Source: an uncultured bacterium (lineage in GTDB: Bacteria; Patescibacteriota; Saccharimonadia; UBA4664). Taken from it: a stretch of 64,000 nt of DNA. Each line of letters opens with the position of its first letter. Positions within the stretch are counted from its first letter, which is position 1. Below the pieces are notes generated by a model, which ran no database searches, was not told the origin of the DNA, and was given only the letters and a program-made list of their open reading frames with translations. This document shows, piece by piece, positions 24,320 to 32,056 of the stretch. The stretch is taken from positions 161,350 to 225,349 of the forward strand of contig CAVUEQ010000003.1 of assembly GCA_963740635.1 (NCBI GenBank), read 5' to 3'. The translations under genes and the position numbers were made by a program.

Positions 24320-25468
24320 CTACTCGTCCTGGAATATCTTGATGTAGTCAGCATAGATATAACGCTGACCGTATGCTTCTGGTGCTTTCACCGGCTTAAG
24401 GATCTCGAGCCTAACAAGCCTTTCAATCGCGTTATATGCGGCCTGACGCGACGAATAGCCTGCCCATGAGCGGACATCCGCGGGGCTCACGATTGGCTGC
24501 TTAAACAACTGTTTGAGCAGCTCAATGGTTGATATAGCAGAGGTCTTACCGAGTCCTTGTGCCTTGCGCATATCGCGCTCGCGAAGAGCTGTGATTTTAA
24601 TGCACGTTGTGATGGACGATTGTGCAATCTCGATGACGCCGTCCAAAAAGAAGTCTAGCCAGTCGTTGAATTTGCTCGGCTCGGCATGGTAGCCGTTAAG
24701 CCGCTCGTAATAGATCTCTTGATGCTGCTTGAAGTAGCTTGAGAGGTACAGAACCGGCGTCTCAAGCAATTTGGTATGCCATAGGTAAATCATGATTAGC
24801 ATACGGCCCGTACGCCCATTTCCATCGCTAAACGGGTGAACCGTCTCAAACTGAGCATGAAGCAGTGCCGCTTTTATGAGCGGGAGGTAGTTGTCGTCAC
24901 TGCGTATGAACTTTTCGAGGTCGCTGAGGGACCGTTTCATTTCATGGACAGGCGGCGGAACAAATCTAGCATTAGCGGGTGATGTGCCCCCGATCCAATT
25001 TTGTGATGTCCGAAATTCGCCTGGGTATGGCGCGTGGGTGCTGCGGGCGCCGACCATAAGCTCTTTATGGAGTTCGCGGATCAGCCGTAACGAGAGAGGC
25101 AATTCTTTAATGCGCTCGAAACCGTAATCTACAGCCTTCATGTAGTGCAGGATGTCGTCTACGTCTGAGGGAAGATTGGACGCACGATCTTTGCTTTCAG
25201 CCTCGATTGCGTCCATCATGGTTGCTTGCGTACCCTCGATTTGGCTTGAAGATGCGGCGTCTTTGCGCAGAAACATTAACAGGAAGAAGTCTTTGTCAGG
25301 GAGTAAACCGGCGTACCCGTCTAGTTTGCCAATTAAGCGCATTGCTTCAGCGTGCTTTTTTGAAGTGTCTTGTGAGAGAATGATGCCGTTAGGGGGAAAT
25401 GGGCTTGGCACGAAGGCGGTAAACCCCAGCGGCTGTTTTTGATATCGGCCTATTATTACATTACTCAT
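24320..25468 (-). CDS. Fic family protein (class II, intramolecular inhibitory helix) with a C-terminal wHTH
   Basis: Fic motif HPFSDGNGRTGR. N-terminal SSQIEG matches the (S/T)xxxE(G/N) inhibitory motif. Confidence 0.95.
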   Translation of the reverse strand: MSNVIIGRYQKQPLGFTAFVPSPFPPNGIILSQDTSKKHAEAMRLIGKLDGYAGLLPDKDFFLLMFLRKDAASSSQIEGTQATMMDAIEAESKDRASNLPSDVDDILHYMKAVDYGFERIKELPLSLRLIRELHKELMVGARSTHAPYPGEFRTSQNWIGGTSPANARFVPPPVHEMKRSLSDLEKFIRSDDNYLPLIKAALLHAQFETVHPFSDGNGRTGRMLIMIYLWHTKLLETPVLYLSSYFKQHQEIYYERLNGYHAEPSKFNDWLDFFLDGVIEIAQSSITTCIKITALRERDMRKAQGLGKTSAISTIELLKQLFKQPIVSPADVRSWAGYSSRQAAYNAIERLVRLEILKPVKAPEAYGQRYIYADYIKIFQDE

Positions 25469-25472
25469 TTTG

Positions 25473-25538
25473 TGGACATGATATTCTTAATGTCTATACA
25501 TTATACACTTTCGTGGACATTTGCAATCGTAATGTCCA
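25473..25538. promoter_or_regulatory. Two GGACAT/ATGTCC palindromes in the Fic-SemiSWEET divergent intergenic region
   Basis: GTGGACATgatattcttaATGTCTAT and TGGACATttgcaatcgtaATGTCCA (perfect 7-bp arms). Confidence 0.4.
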
Positions 25539-25574
25539 TAATTTTTGAGGCCTCGTTTTTGTTATGCTTAGCTC

Positions 25575-25829
25575 ATGGGACTGGCAGCAACAATTGGCGC
25601 CTTGGCTTTCTTCTTAACCTGTCTAATCCAGGCTCCGCAGGCTGTGAAAGTGATTCGGACGGGTAAGACACGCGACATTTCCCTGGCGACATATGGTTTA
25701 ATGTGGCTGGCGAGCCTGGCCTGGATTACGTATGGGCTGCTCAGGCACGACGTGGCGGTAACGGCCTCAAATGCTGTCGTGATTTGCCTGGCATCAGTGG
25801 TTCTGAGCTACAAATTACGCGCGCCATAG
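25575..25829 (+). CDS. SemiSWEET (PQ-loop) sugar transporter
   Basis: 84 aa, 3 TM, QAPQAVKVIRTGKTRDISL PQ-loop motif. TATGCT-N6-ATG. Confidence 0.85.
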   Translation: MGLAATIGALAFFLTCLIQAPQAVKVIRTGKTRDISLATYGLMWLASLAWITYGLLRHDVAVTASNAVVICLASVVLSYKLRAP

Positions 25830-25840
25830 CCGCCGTAGGA

Positions 25841-26296
25841 TTATTGTTTGTGGAGCAGGCGCTCGCGGCGGAGGCGCTTGGCTTCCCGGCGGATGGATTT
25901 GACGTCGAAGAGTTGGGCCGGCTCGTCGAGCGCGGTCAGGTCGAGGGGCCGCTTGGGGAAGGCAATGAAGAGCATGCCGAGCGGTGCCCCGACGGTGAGC
26001 CAGATGACCGAAAAAAATGGCGTGCGGCCGAAGGCTTTGCCCACGCGGATGGCCACCGATCCGGAGTAAACGATGCCCAGAAACGGCAGCAGCGACAGCG
26101 GAAACCAGCGCTTGGGCGCGTTGACCGCTTTGACTTGGGCGTAGTAATTGACGATGGGGATGAAGGCCTGCCAGCGCAGGCGGTGGAGGCGGTGCAGCAC
26201 CAGAATCAGCCCGACCATATACATGAGGTACGCGACCACCATGATGGTCAGGACCAGCGCACCGTACCTGGCGATGAGGTCTTGCACCACGTTCAT
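25841..26296 (-). CDS. Small membrane protein (DUF5684-like)
   Basis: W-x-AFIPIVN...KRWFPLSLLP pattern. TATAAT-N6-ATG. Confidence 0.65.
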   Translation of the reverse strand: MNVVQDLIARYGALVLTIMVVAYLMYMVGLILVLHRLHRLRWQAFIPIVNYYAQVKAVNAPKRWFPLSLLPFLGIVYSGSVAIRVGKAFGRTPFFSVIWLTVGAPLGMLFIAFPKRPLDLTALDEPAQLFDVKSIRREAKRLRRERLLHKQ

Positions 26297-26334
26297 AGAT
26301 GCATTATAGACCTGCTCGAGGAGCGGGGGTCTGC

Positions 26335-27327
26335 CTAATATATCGTGCTGAGCTTGGCCATTTCTTCAGCGGTCGCTGGTGTAAAACTGTCGACATATTG
26401 TGCTAAGTCCACTGGCTTAATTGGGTATTCCGAGGTTTTAAGCGAAAGAACGGTGCCACCAAAATCCACGAAGTAGGTTTGCTCGGGCGGGACGATCGTG
26501 ATGCGGTTTTCGGCCAGATAGATTTTGTGTCCGGCCGGTGTGGTTTGGGCGAGAGGGCAGGAGACACTTGCCGGGTTTATGGAGTGCAAGCTTGGGTACT
26601 CTGGGCCACAGTCGTTGGGAGGGGAAAAATATAATGGCTTGGGAAACTCGTTGACTTCAAAGCTGGACGACCCACTGCGATAGGTTAAGTTGAAACGCTG
26701 CTCTCCGTCGATATCGACGTAAGAGGGGCCCGCATCGTCAAGTTTGATGCCAGTGGGGGGGATAGCTGGCTTCAATAGCTTAAATGATAATTCCTGGGCT
26801 GCTTTGAGGTACGAATTGTATTGATTATTTTTTGATAAGACTTTCCCTCCCAAATTCCCAGCGGCATAAGTGATGATGAGCGAAATTATTATGAGCACCC
26901 ACAGCTTTTTCCCGTGGGTAATTTTGAATAGTAAATGGTAATAGGCCCAAGCTGCGACCAGGACGAGAATATTTGCGGCAAGGCTGGGGATTGGCCAATA
27001 CCCAGTGACGCCTCGGAGCAAGAAGGCAGTGAAAGCGGTGGCGCCGGTTAATGCGAGCGTGCGTGACCAAGGTGTTTTGGACATGCGCAGGGCCCCCAAT
27101 AGGATGGTCACTACCGCGGTCCAAGCGACCGCCATCCCTATAAATACCCAAACAACGCAGCCGAGCCCTTCCCAGCCTGTGCTTGCCTTAATGCACTGGT
27201 CCCCAAGGGCCTGAAAAGGCACCGGCAAATAGGTCTGGGCAAGGCTGGCCATGACAGGTGCGGCTGTTAGGAGCAAGAAAGTGCTCCATTTGATGTCGGA
27301 TTTGGGTTGGTTAGCTTGAGCGGCCAT
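26335..27327 (-). CDS. Membrane protein with a C-terminal extracytoplasmic domain, hypothetical
   Basis: About 5 N-terminal TM helices. Lower GC than the surroundings. TACAAT-N8-ATG. Confidence 0.7.
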   Translation of the reverse strand: MAAQANQPKSDIKWSTFLLLTAAPVMASLAQTYLPVPFQALGDQCIKASTGWEGLGCVVWVFIGMAVAWTAVVTILLGALRMSKTPWSRTLALTGATAFTAFLLRGVTGYWPIPSLAANILVLVAAWAYYHLLFKITHGKKLWVLIIISLIITYAAGNLGGKVLSKNNQYNSYLKAAQELSFKLLKPAIPPTGIKLDDAGPSYVDIDGEQRFNLTYRSGSSSFEVNEFPKPLYFSPPNDCGPEYPSLHSINPASVSCPLAQTTPAGHKIYLAENRITIVPPEQTYFVDFGGTVLSLKTSEYPIKPVDLAQYVDSFTPATAEEMAKLSTIY

Positions 27328-27601
27328 TAACGGGCATTGTACATGATGCTTATGTTTTAATAATAGAGATGAAGGCGGAGCTTAAGCGAAAATCTCTAAT
27401 GCTTTGCAAGCTTTTTGCGTTTTCCACAAGGGAGCGGGCATTAGCGTGATAGGGTGGGAGGGTTAGATAAGGGGGTGCCCATGAATATTGATATTAATTG
27501 GCGATACTGGTTGGCGTTGCCGATGTTGTTGGGTTTGGGGTTTGCTTGGTTCCAGAGTGCTCAGTCGATACGGCCGACTAGCACAAGGGTGGCAAGCCGG
27601 C

Positions 27602-27871
27602 TTAGAACAGCCGGGTGGGGGTGTGCCTGGCGACGGGCACTTTCTCGCCGAAGTCGGCGCTGGGGCGCTCGTAGCCTTTTTCGACCATGAGAATCCGATC
27701 CAGCATACGGCGCAGGTGCTTGAGCTCGTCGTTGGCGTCCGACAGCTTGATTTCGGCGGCACCCTTCTCGCGTTTGAGCGCCCGGTTCTGCAGATATTGC
27801 CCCAGGCCCAGGCCAAAAATAAGGGTCAGTTCAAAGACCTCTAAAGGTAAGTCGGAAATTGATATATGCAT
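27602..27871 (-). CDS. Small hypothetical protein (one TM plus a helical tail)
   Basis: A strong SD GGAGGGGG precedes ATG 27871. Competing overlapping ORFs make this uncertain. Confidence 0.45.
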   Translation of the reverse strand: MHISISDLPLEVFELTLIFGLGLGQYLQNRALKREKGAAEIKLSDANDELKHLRRMLDRILMVEKGYERPSADFGEKVPVARHTPTRLF

Positions 27872-27999
27872 TCCCCCTCCGGACATGTGTTTCAGCTTGA
27901 ATTATGCAGCCGAAGACTGAATTAAAGCTGAGGTTTTGGGTTAGTTTTCTTAACTACCCTGATTTGGGATTATGATTAAGAAATCATGGAGGGGATCGT

Positions 28000-28434
28000 A
28001 TGAACTCGAAAGTAATTGGCATAGTAGTAGCCGTACTCGTAGTAATTGGGGTGGTTTGGTTCGTGGCCCGCGGGCAGGGCTCGAAGCCGAGCCCGGTGCA
28101 GTCGGCCAGCCCCGCTAGCTCGGTGTCGCCGGCCGGCTCAGCGTCGCCGCAGGTTAATGGTGCGGCTGCGGTCACGATTGCGTACAGCTCAAGCGGGTTT
28201 TCGCCCGCCGACACGACGGTGAAGTCAGGTGATGCGGTGACGTTTGTGAATAATGCCTCGACCGAGGTTCAGGTGGATTCCAACCCGCACCCCATCCACA
28301 CGGATGACACCGACCTCAACGTGGGGGCGATAGCGCCAGGGCAAAGCAAGACCGTGACGCTCACCAAGAAGGGCAGCTTCGGCTTCCATAACCACCTCAA
28401 CCCGAGCGACAAGGGCAACATCACGATCCAGTAA
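28000..28434 (+). CDS. Membrane-anchored cupredoxin-fold protein
   Basis: N-terminal TM, then SGDAVTFVNNAS...GSFGFHNHLNPSDKGNITI. SD GGAGGGG. Confidence 0.8.
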   Translation: MNSKVIGIVVAVLVVIGVVWFVARGQGSKPSPVQSASPASSVSPAGSASPQVNGAAAVTIAYSSSGFSPADTTVKSGDAVTFVNNASTEVQVDSNPHPIHTDDTDLNVGAIAPGQSKTVTLTKKGSFGFHNHLNPSDKGNITIQ

Positions 28435-28474
28435 CAGACGCTGTCTGAGAACGAACGGAGCGGCGGGTAGCTGT

Positions 28475-28496
28475 AAGCATTAATCTTGCTTTTTTT
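28475..28496 (+). terminator. Weak intrinsic terminator
   Basis: AAGCA-ttaatc-TGCTT followed by a T7 run. Confidence 0.45.
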
Positions 28497-28573
28497 AGGA
28501 ATTATGATTAAATACATAACTATCGGTCGTGATCGCGACCGAAATCCCGTCTGTGCAAGCGAAGGAGCTTGAC

Positions 28574-29446
28574 ATGCCTGCTGCTGTGCTTGACCCGCGC
28601 CCCGAACGCGCGGCCCCACGAACCCTGCTCATCGACTTCGAATCGAGCGACATCGACCGCGACGCGCTCGTCGATGACCTCTGGTCGCGCGCGTGGGTCG
28701 AGAAGGTCAGGAAGGTCGGCAACCGTCGCATGACGGGTCTCCGGCTGGTCTACTCCGACCGCTACCGGGAGTCTCAGGTCCGTCTGTGGCTCCAGAAGAT
28801 CCTCGACCGATACGAGGACATCGGGGCGGCAGCAGCCATCCCCGCGGACATCGACGACGCTTTCCCCGCCCCGGCCGAAGCCTCTGCCAGCCCGAACTAC
28901 CCCGGCAACCCCACCGAGGCGGGCCTTTCCGAAGCCGTAGGTGGCGCGCGCGAAGACGGGGCGGAGTCCGTGCCGGACCCCGTGAGCCTGGTGGACAAGG
29001 AGCAGCCCCGAGAGGTCGACAGCCGCGTCGGCCACCGGATGTGGTCCGGGAAGATCCGCCGCGACATCCTCGACTTCTTCCTGTCCGTGCCCATCACCCA
29101 CGAGGTGTGGGCGGAGGTCGAGGCGATGATGAACCGCGACGTGCGCATCTCGAACCTCTTCCTCGACTATCCACGAGGTCGGCACACCGTGCGTCTCGTG
29201 GGCAACACGCCCCAGCTCATGAGCGGTCTCCGCGACCTGTTCATCGAGGTCATGGCCCGCCACGGGTACGTGTACATGGGTACGGCCAAGGGCCGGGGTG
29301 AGTTTGGGCGCATCGACGGCCCGACCCGGACCGCCAAGGTCCTGCTCACTACCCTGCTCGTACTCGACCGCGAGCACCGGCTCAGCGTCACCGTGAGGAC
29401 ACCCGACGGTGTCGAGGTGACTGCCGAACCCCCCAGCCGGTACTGA
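28574..29446 (+). CDS. Hypothetical protein with foreign (C-ending) codon usage
   Basis: SD GAAGGAG lies 6 nt before the ATG. The 290-aa product has plausible composition. The antisense ORF 28520..29494 is an artefact of very high GC3. Confidence 0.7.
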   Translation: MPAAVLDPRPERAAPRTLLIDFESSDIDRDALVDDLWSRAWVEKVRKVGNRRMTGLRLVYSDRYRESQVRLWLQKILDRYEDIGAAAAIPADIDDAFPAPAEASASPNYPGNPTEAGLSEAVGGAREDGAESVPDPVSLVDKEQPREVDSRVGHRMWSGKIRRDILDFFLSVPITHEVWAEVEAMMNRDVRISNLFLDYPRGRHTVRLVGNTPQLMSGLRDLFIEVMARHGYVYMGTAKGRGEFGRIDGPTRTAKVLLTTLLVLDREHRLSVTVRTPDGVEVTAEPPSRY

Positions 29447-29461
29447 CAGAGAGGAACCGGT

Positions 29462-29532
29462 GCCCGCTGGGGCGACGTTACACCTGCATTGCAAGGTGGA
29501 AGTGCGTCGCTGCCAGCGGGGCCTTTCATTTT
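29462..29532 (+). terminator. Long imperfect hairpin plus a T-tract
   Basis: GCCCGCTGGGGCGACG ... CGTCGCTGCCAGCGGGGC, with an inner CACCT/AGGTG stem, then CCTTTCATTTT. Confidence 0.65.
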
Positions 29533-29587
29533 AGGGACGGGTTTTGGTTATAATACCGCTATGCTAAATAAATTGTTGTGACGATTC

Positions 29588-29905
29588 GTGAGTGAGTTCC
29601 TGCAGGTTATGATTAGCGCCGAAACCAGGGAGCAAGCTGATTTGATCTTGAACTCGCTGCTCGGGAAGAAGCTCGTCACAGGCGGCCAGTTTATCGAGGC
29701 GCCTGCCCGGTTTTTGTGGAAGGGCCAGATTCAGGATATGGGCTACGTAAATATTGTGAGCTTTACACTGGCGGACCTGCGCGATGCGGTGATCGCGGAT
29801 GTTGAGGCCACGTCGGTCGAGTCTGTGCCGATGATTTCGTTTGTGGAGATGGACGGCAACCAGGTGTTTTTGGATTGGATAAAGGATACGCTCGAGCGGC
29901 ATTGA
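29588..29905 (+). CDS. cutA: CutA1 divalent-cation tolerance protein
   Basis: CutA-like sequence (ISAETREQADLI...KLVTGGQ...W.G). The start is uncertain: GTG 29588 or ATG 29609. Confidence 0.8.
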   Translation: MSEFLQVMISAETREQADLILNSLLGKKLVTGGQFIEAPARFLWKGQIQDMGYVNIVSFTLADLRDAVIADVEATSVESVPMISFVEMDGNQVFLDWIKDTLERH

Positions 29906-29930
29906 CATTGTAAGTACGCGTAAGTACAAT
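29902..29930 (+). promoter_or_regulatory. Consensus promoter with an embedded palindrome for the AbrB-type antitoxin operon
   Basis: TTGACA-17-TACAAT-N6-ATG. The spacer contains TAAGTAC-GCG-TAAGTAC, which includes the GTACGCGTAC palindrome. Confidence 0.65.
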
Positions 29931-29936
29931 GTCAGC

Positions 29937-30206
29937 ATGGTACGAGCAATTGTTACGAAAACCGGGAATTCCTACGCGCTGCGGGTGCCGAAGCGGTATA
30001 TCGACGATAACCATCTGAAGCTGGGTGACGAGGTGGAGATCGAGGAGCCGATCACTGAGCAGCAGCGGGCACTCAGTGCCATTGTGGAACTAGGCCGCGA
30101 GCGGGGTCCGATCAAGGGCCTGGGCGATCCGGTGGAGTGGCAACGCAGCCAGCGCGAGGCTAGCGATCCTTGGGACGAAATCAAGCGTGATCCTGCTCGA
30201 CAGTAA
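29937..30206 (+). CDS. vapB: AbrB/MazE/SpoVT-type antitoxin (VapB)
   Basis: TKTGNSYALRVPKRY swapped-hairpin motif. Overlaps the PIN gene. Confidence 0.85.
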   Translation: MVRAIVTKTGNSYALRVPKRYIDDNHLKLGDEVEIEEPITEQQRALSAIVELGRERGPIKGLGDPVEWQRSQREASDPWDEIKRDPARQ

Positions 30207-30561
30207 CATCGTGATTTACCTGCGCGACCCCGCGTGGGGGCAAAGTATCCGGGATAAGATTGGAAACCAACGGCTGGCCACGTGCAATATTATTCGGGCC
30301 GAGGTTCTGGGGTATAAGGGTCTTACGCACGAGGATGTAGAATATTTTGAACAATTGTTTGTGGCGATGAAGAAATTCCAGTTTGACGATGCGGTCACCA
30401 TGAAGACTATCGAGTTGCGGCGGAGCATGAGTATCCAGCTTCCCGACGCCATTATCGCCGCCACTGCAAGTGTGAACGGCCTCGAACTGTGGACGCGCAA
30501 TCTAGCCGACTACAAGGTTCCTGAACTAGCGGTATTTGACCCGGTTGGAGAGCAAGAATGA
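30187..30561 (+). CDS. vapC: PIN-domain toxin VapC
   Basis: MILLDSNIVIY ... LPDAIIAATA ... LWTRN. Confidence 0.9.
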   Translation: MILLDSNIVIYLRDPAWGQSIRDKIGNQRLATCNIIRAEVLGYKGLTHEDVEYFEQLFVAMKKFQFDDAVTMKTIELRRSMSIQLPDAIIAATASVNGLELWTRNLADYKVPELAVFDPVGEQE

Positions 30562-30586
30562 ATGTTACGCACAGGAGGGCTGAGGC

Positions 30587-30997
30587 ATGAAACATCAGGA
30601 GAAGAAGTACCTGGTGAGTTCGTTTGAGGGGGTGCGGCGGCGGCTGCGGGAGCTGGGGGCGGTACCGCGGCCGAGTGTGGCGACAACCCACTATTATGTG
30701 GCGACGCCGGGGACGGATGTGGTGAAGCTGGTGGATTACGGTGACCGCGTGGAGATTCATGTACTCGAGAAGACGGATGACGGCAAGTTTAACCTGACCG
30801 AACGCCGGGCGATGGAGAGCCGGGAGGCTGGGTTGGCGGAGTTGGCCGACCGGGGGTTTGACGAGGCCGACGTGGTGCGGATGGAAGACGAAAGCTACGA
30901 CCTGGATGGTGGCGAGGTGGCGCTGTACACGATTGACGAGAGCGCATTGCAGTCTGGTGATTTTGGACTTTCCCGCCGGGCAGCACGAGGCCGTTGA
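30587..30997 (+). CDS. CYTH-like domain protein; the C-terminal part continues in the +1 frame to 31091
   Basis: SD AGGAGGG. Only weak CYTH-like features (QEKKYLV). Frame 30858..31091 carries a plausible C-terminus (LVILDFPAGQHEAVERKLG...). Confidence 0.45.
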   Translation: MKHQEKKYLVSSFEGVRRRLRELGAVPRPSVATTHYYVATPGTDVVKLVDYGDRVEIHVLEKTDDGKFNLTERRAMESREAGLAELADRGFDEADVVRMEDESYDLDGGEVALYTIDESALQSGDFGLSRRAARGR

Positions 30998-31105
30998 GCG
31001 CAAGCTGGGCCTGGAGTCGGCCGAGCGCCTGACCGTGCCCTACAATGTGGTGCTCAGGCAGATGGGCAAGCTCAAAACCATTACGCTGTAATCGGGCCTG
31101 GTAAA

Positions 31106-31618
31106 ATGAGCGGGATGGAACTGAATTTCCGACCGCTGAAGAAATCTGATTTGGAACAATTTGCACAGTGGCTGGGCAAGCCGCATGTGGCGCGGTGGTG
31201 GCGGGAGCCGGCGACGGTGGAGCACGTGGCCAAGGAATACGGCGTGCACATCGAAGATGATCCGCGCACGAAGATATTTGTGGTGCAGGAGGGTAGCAAG
31301 CCGGTTGGGATTGTTCAGACTTACCGGTGGCGGGATTACCCGGAGGATGCTGCGGGGTTTGACCTGGATGCGGCGAGCATTGACTACTTCATCGGAGAAG
31401 AGGATTACGTGGGCCGGGGGGTGGGCGCGCAGATGATCGGGCAGTTTGTGGACGATGTGGTGCGGAAGGTGTACCCGGACGCATCCGGTGTGGCGACCAG
31501 CGCCGAGGTGGACAATTCGGCGTCGCTGGGGGCGCTGAGGAGGGCCGGGTTTAAGCCGGGCGGAATTGTGACCGGCGAGTACGGCACGCCCGAGCAGGTG
31601 ATGCTACTCCCCTTTTAA
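31106..31618 (+). CDS. GNAT acetyltransferase (Acetyltransf_8 / AAC(6')-Ib-like)
   Basis: PHVARWW motif and RGVGAQMI. The likely true start is ATG 31115 (TAAAAT-N7-ATG). Confidence 0.8.
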   Translation: MSGMELNFRPLKKSDLEQFAQWLGKPHVARWWREPATVEHVAKEYGVHIEDDPRTKIFVVQEGSKPVGIVQTYRWRDYPEDAAGFDLDAASIDYFIGEEDYVGRGVGAQMIGQFVDDVVRKVYPDASGVATSAEVDNSASLGALRRAGFKPGGIVTGEYGTPEQVMLLPF

Positions 31619-32056
31619 CGGCTTGATGAGGCGGATGACGCGCTCGAACTCGGCGTAAACGTGGTGGAGGCTGGTGAGGCGCGGGTTATTGGGGCTGATT
31701 TTGAGGCCGGCTTCGGTGAGCTCGACGCCGGCGTGGACCTGGCGCAGGCGCAAGCCGACGATTGTGCCGGCGTAACCCGGGTTAATATGGTAGTAGATGC
31801 GCCGGTCGCCCGCGAAGGTGGCGCGCGAGACGATGGTAGCATTGTGGAGCATGGTGACAGCGGCGCTGACGGAGCCGGCCGAGAGCTGGAGCGTGGCGGC
31901 GATGGCCTCGGCGGGTTGGTGGTCGGGCTCACACAGGAGAAGGAAGCCGAAGACCCGGCCGGCGCTGCGGGGCATGCCGGCGTCACTTAAGAGCAGGCCG
32001 CAGCGCTCGATGAAGGCGGATTGCTCGGGCGTGAGGGTGGTAGCTTGCGGACTCAT
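31604..32056 (-). CDS. MarR/GbsR-type winged-helix regulator
   Basis: RSAGRVFGFLLLC...LQLSAGSVSAAVTML. ATGA overlap with the permease stop. Confidence 0.7.
   Translation of the reverse strand: MSPQATTLTPEQSAFIERCGLLLSDAGMPRSAGRVFGFLLLCEPDHQPAEAIAATLQLSAGSVSAAVTMLHNATIVSRATFAGDRRIYYHINPGYAGTIVGLRLRQVHAGVELTEAGLKISPNNPRLTSLHHVYAEFERVIRLIKPLKGE

Noticed and set aside
27454-27844. Plus-strand ORFs 27454..27690 and 27488..27844
   Set aside because: The first has an SD-like AAGGGGG and one TM. However, its second half is Arg-rich and overlaps the better-supported minus-strand ORF, which has a strong GGAGGGGG SD. This is unresolved, so I have not called it.
28520-29494. 324-aa minus-strand ORF covering island 1
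   Set aside because: It is the mirror ORF of a very high GC3 gene. The plus-strand frame has an SD, a promoter, a terminator and a protein-like sequence. The minus product is His/Arg/Val/Gly-rich.
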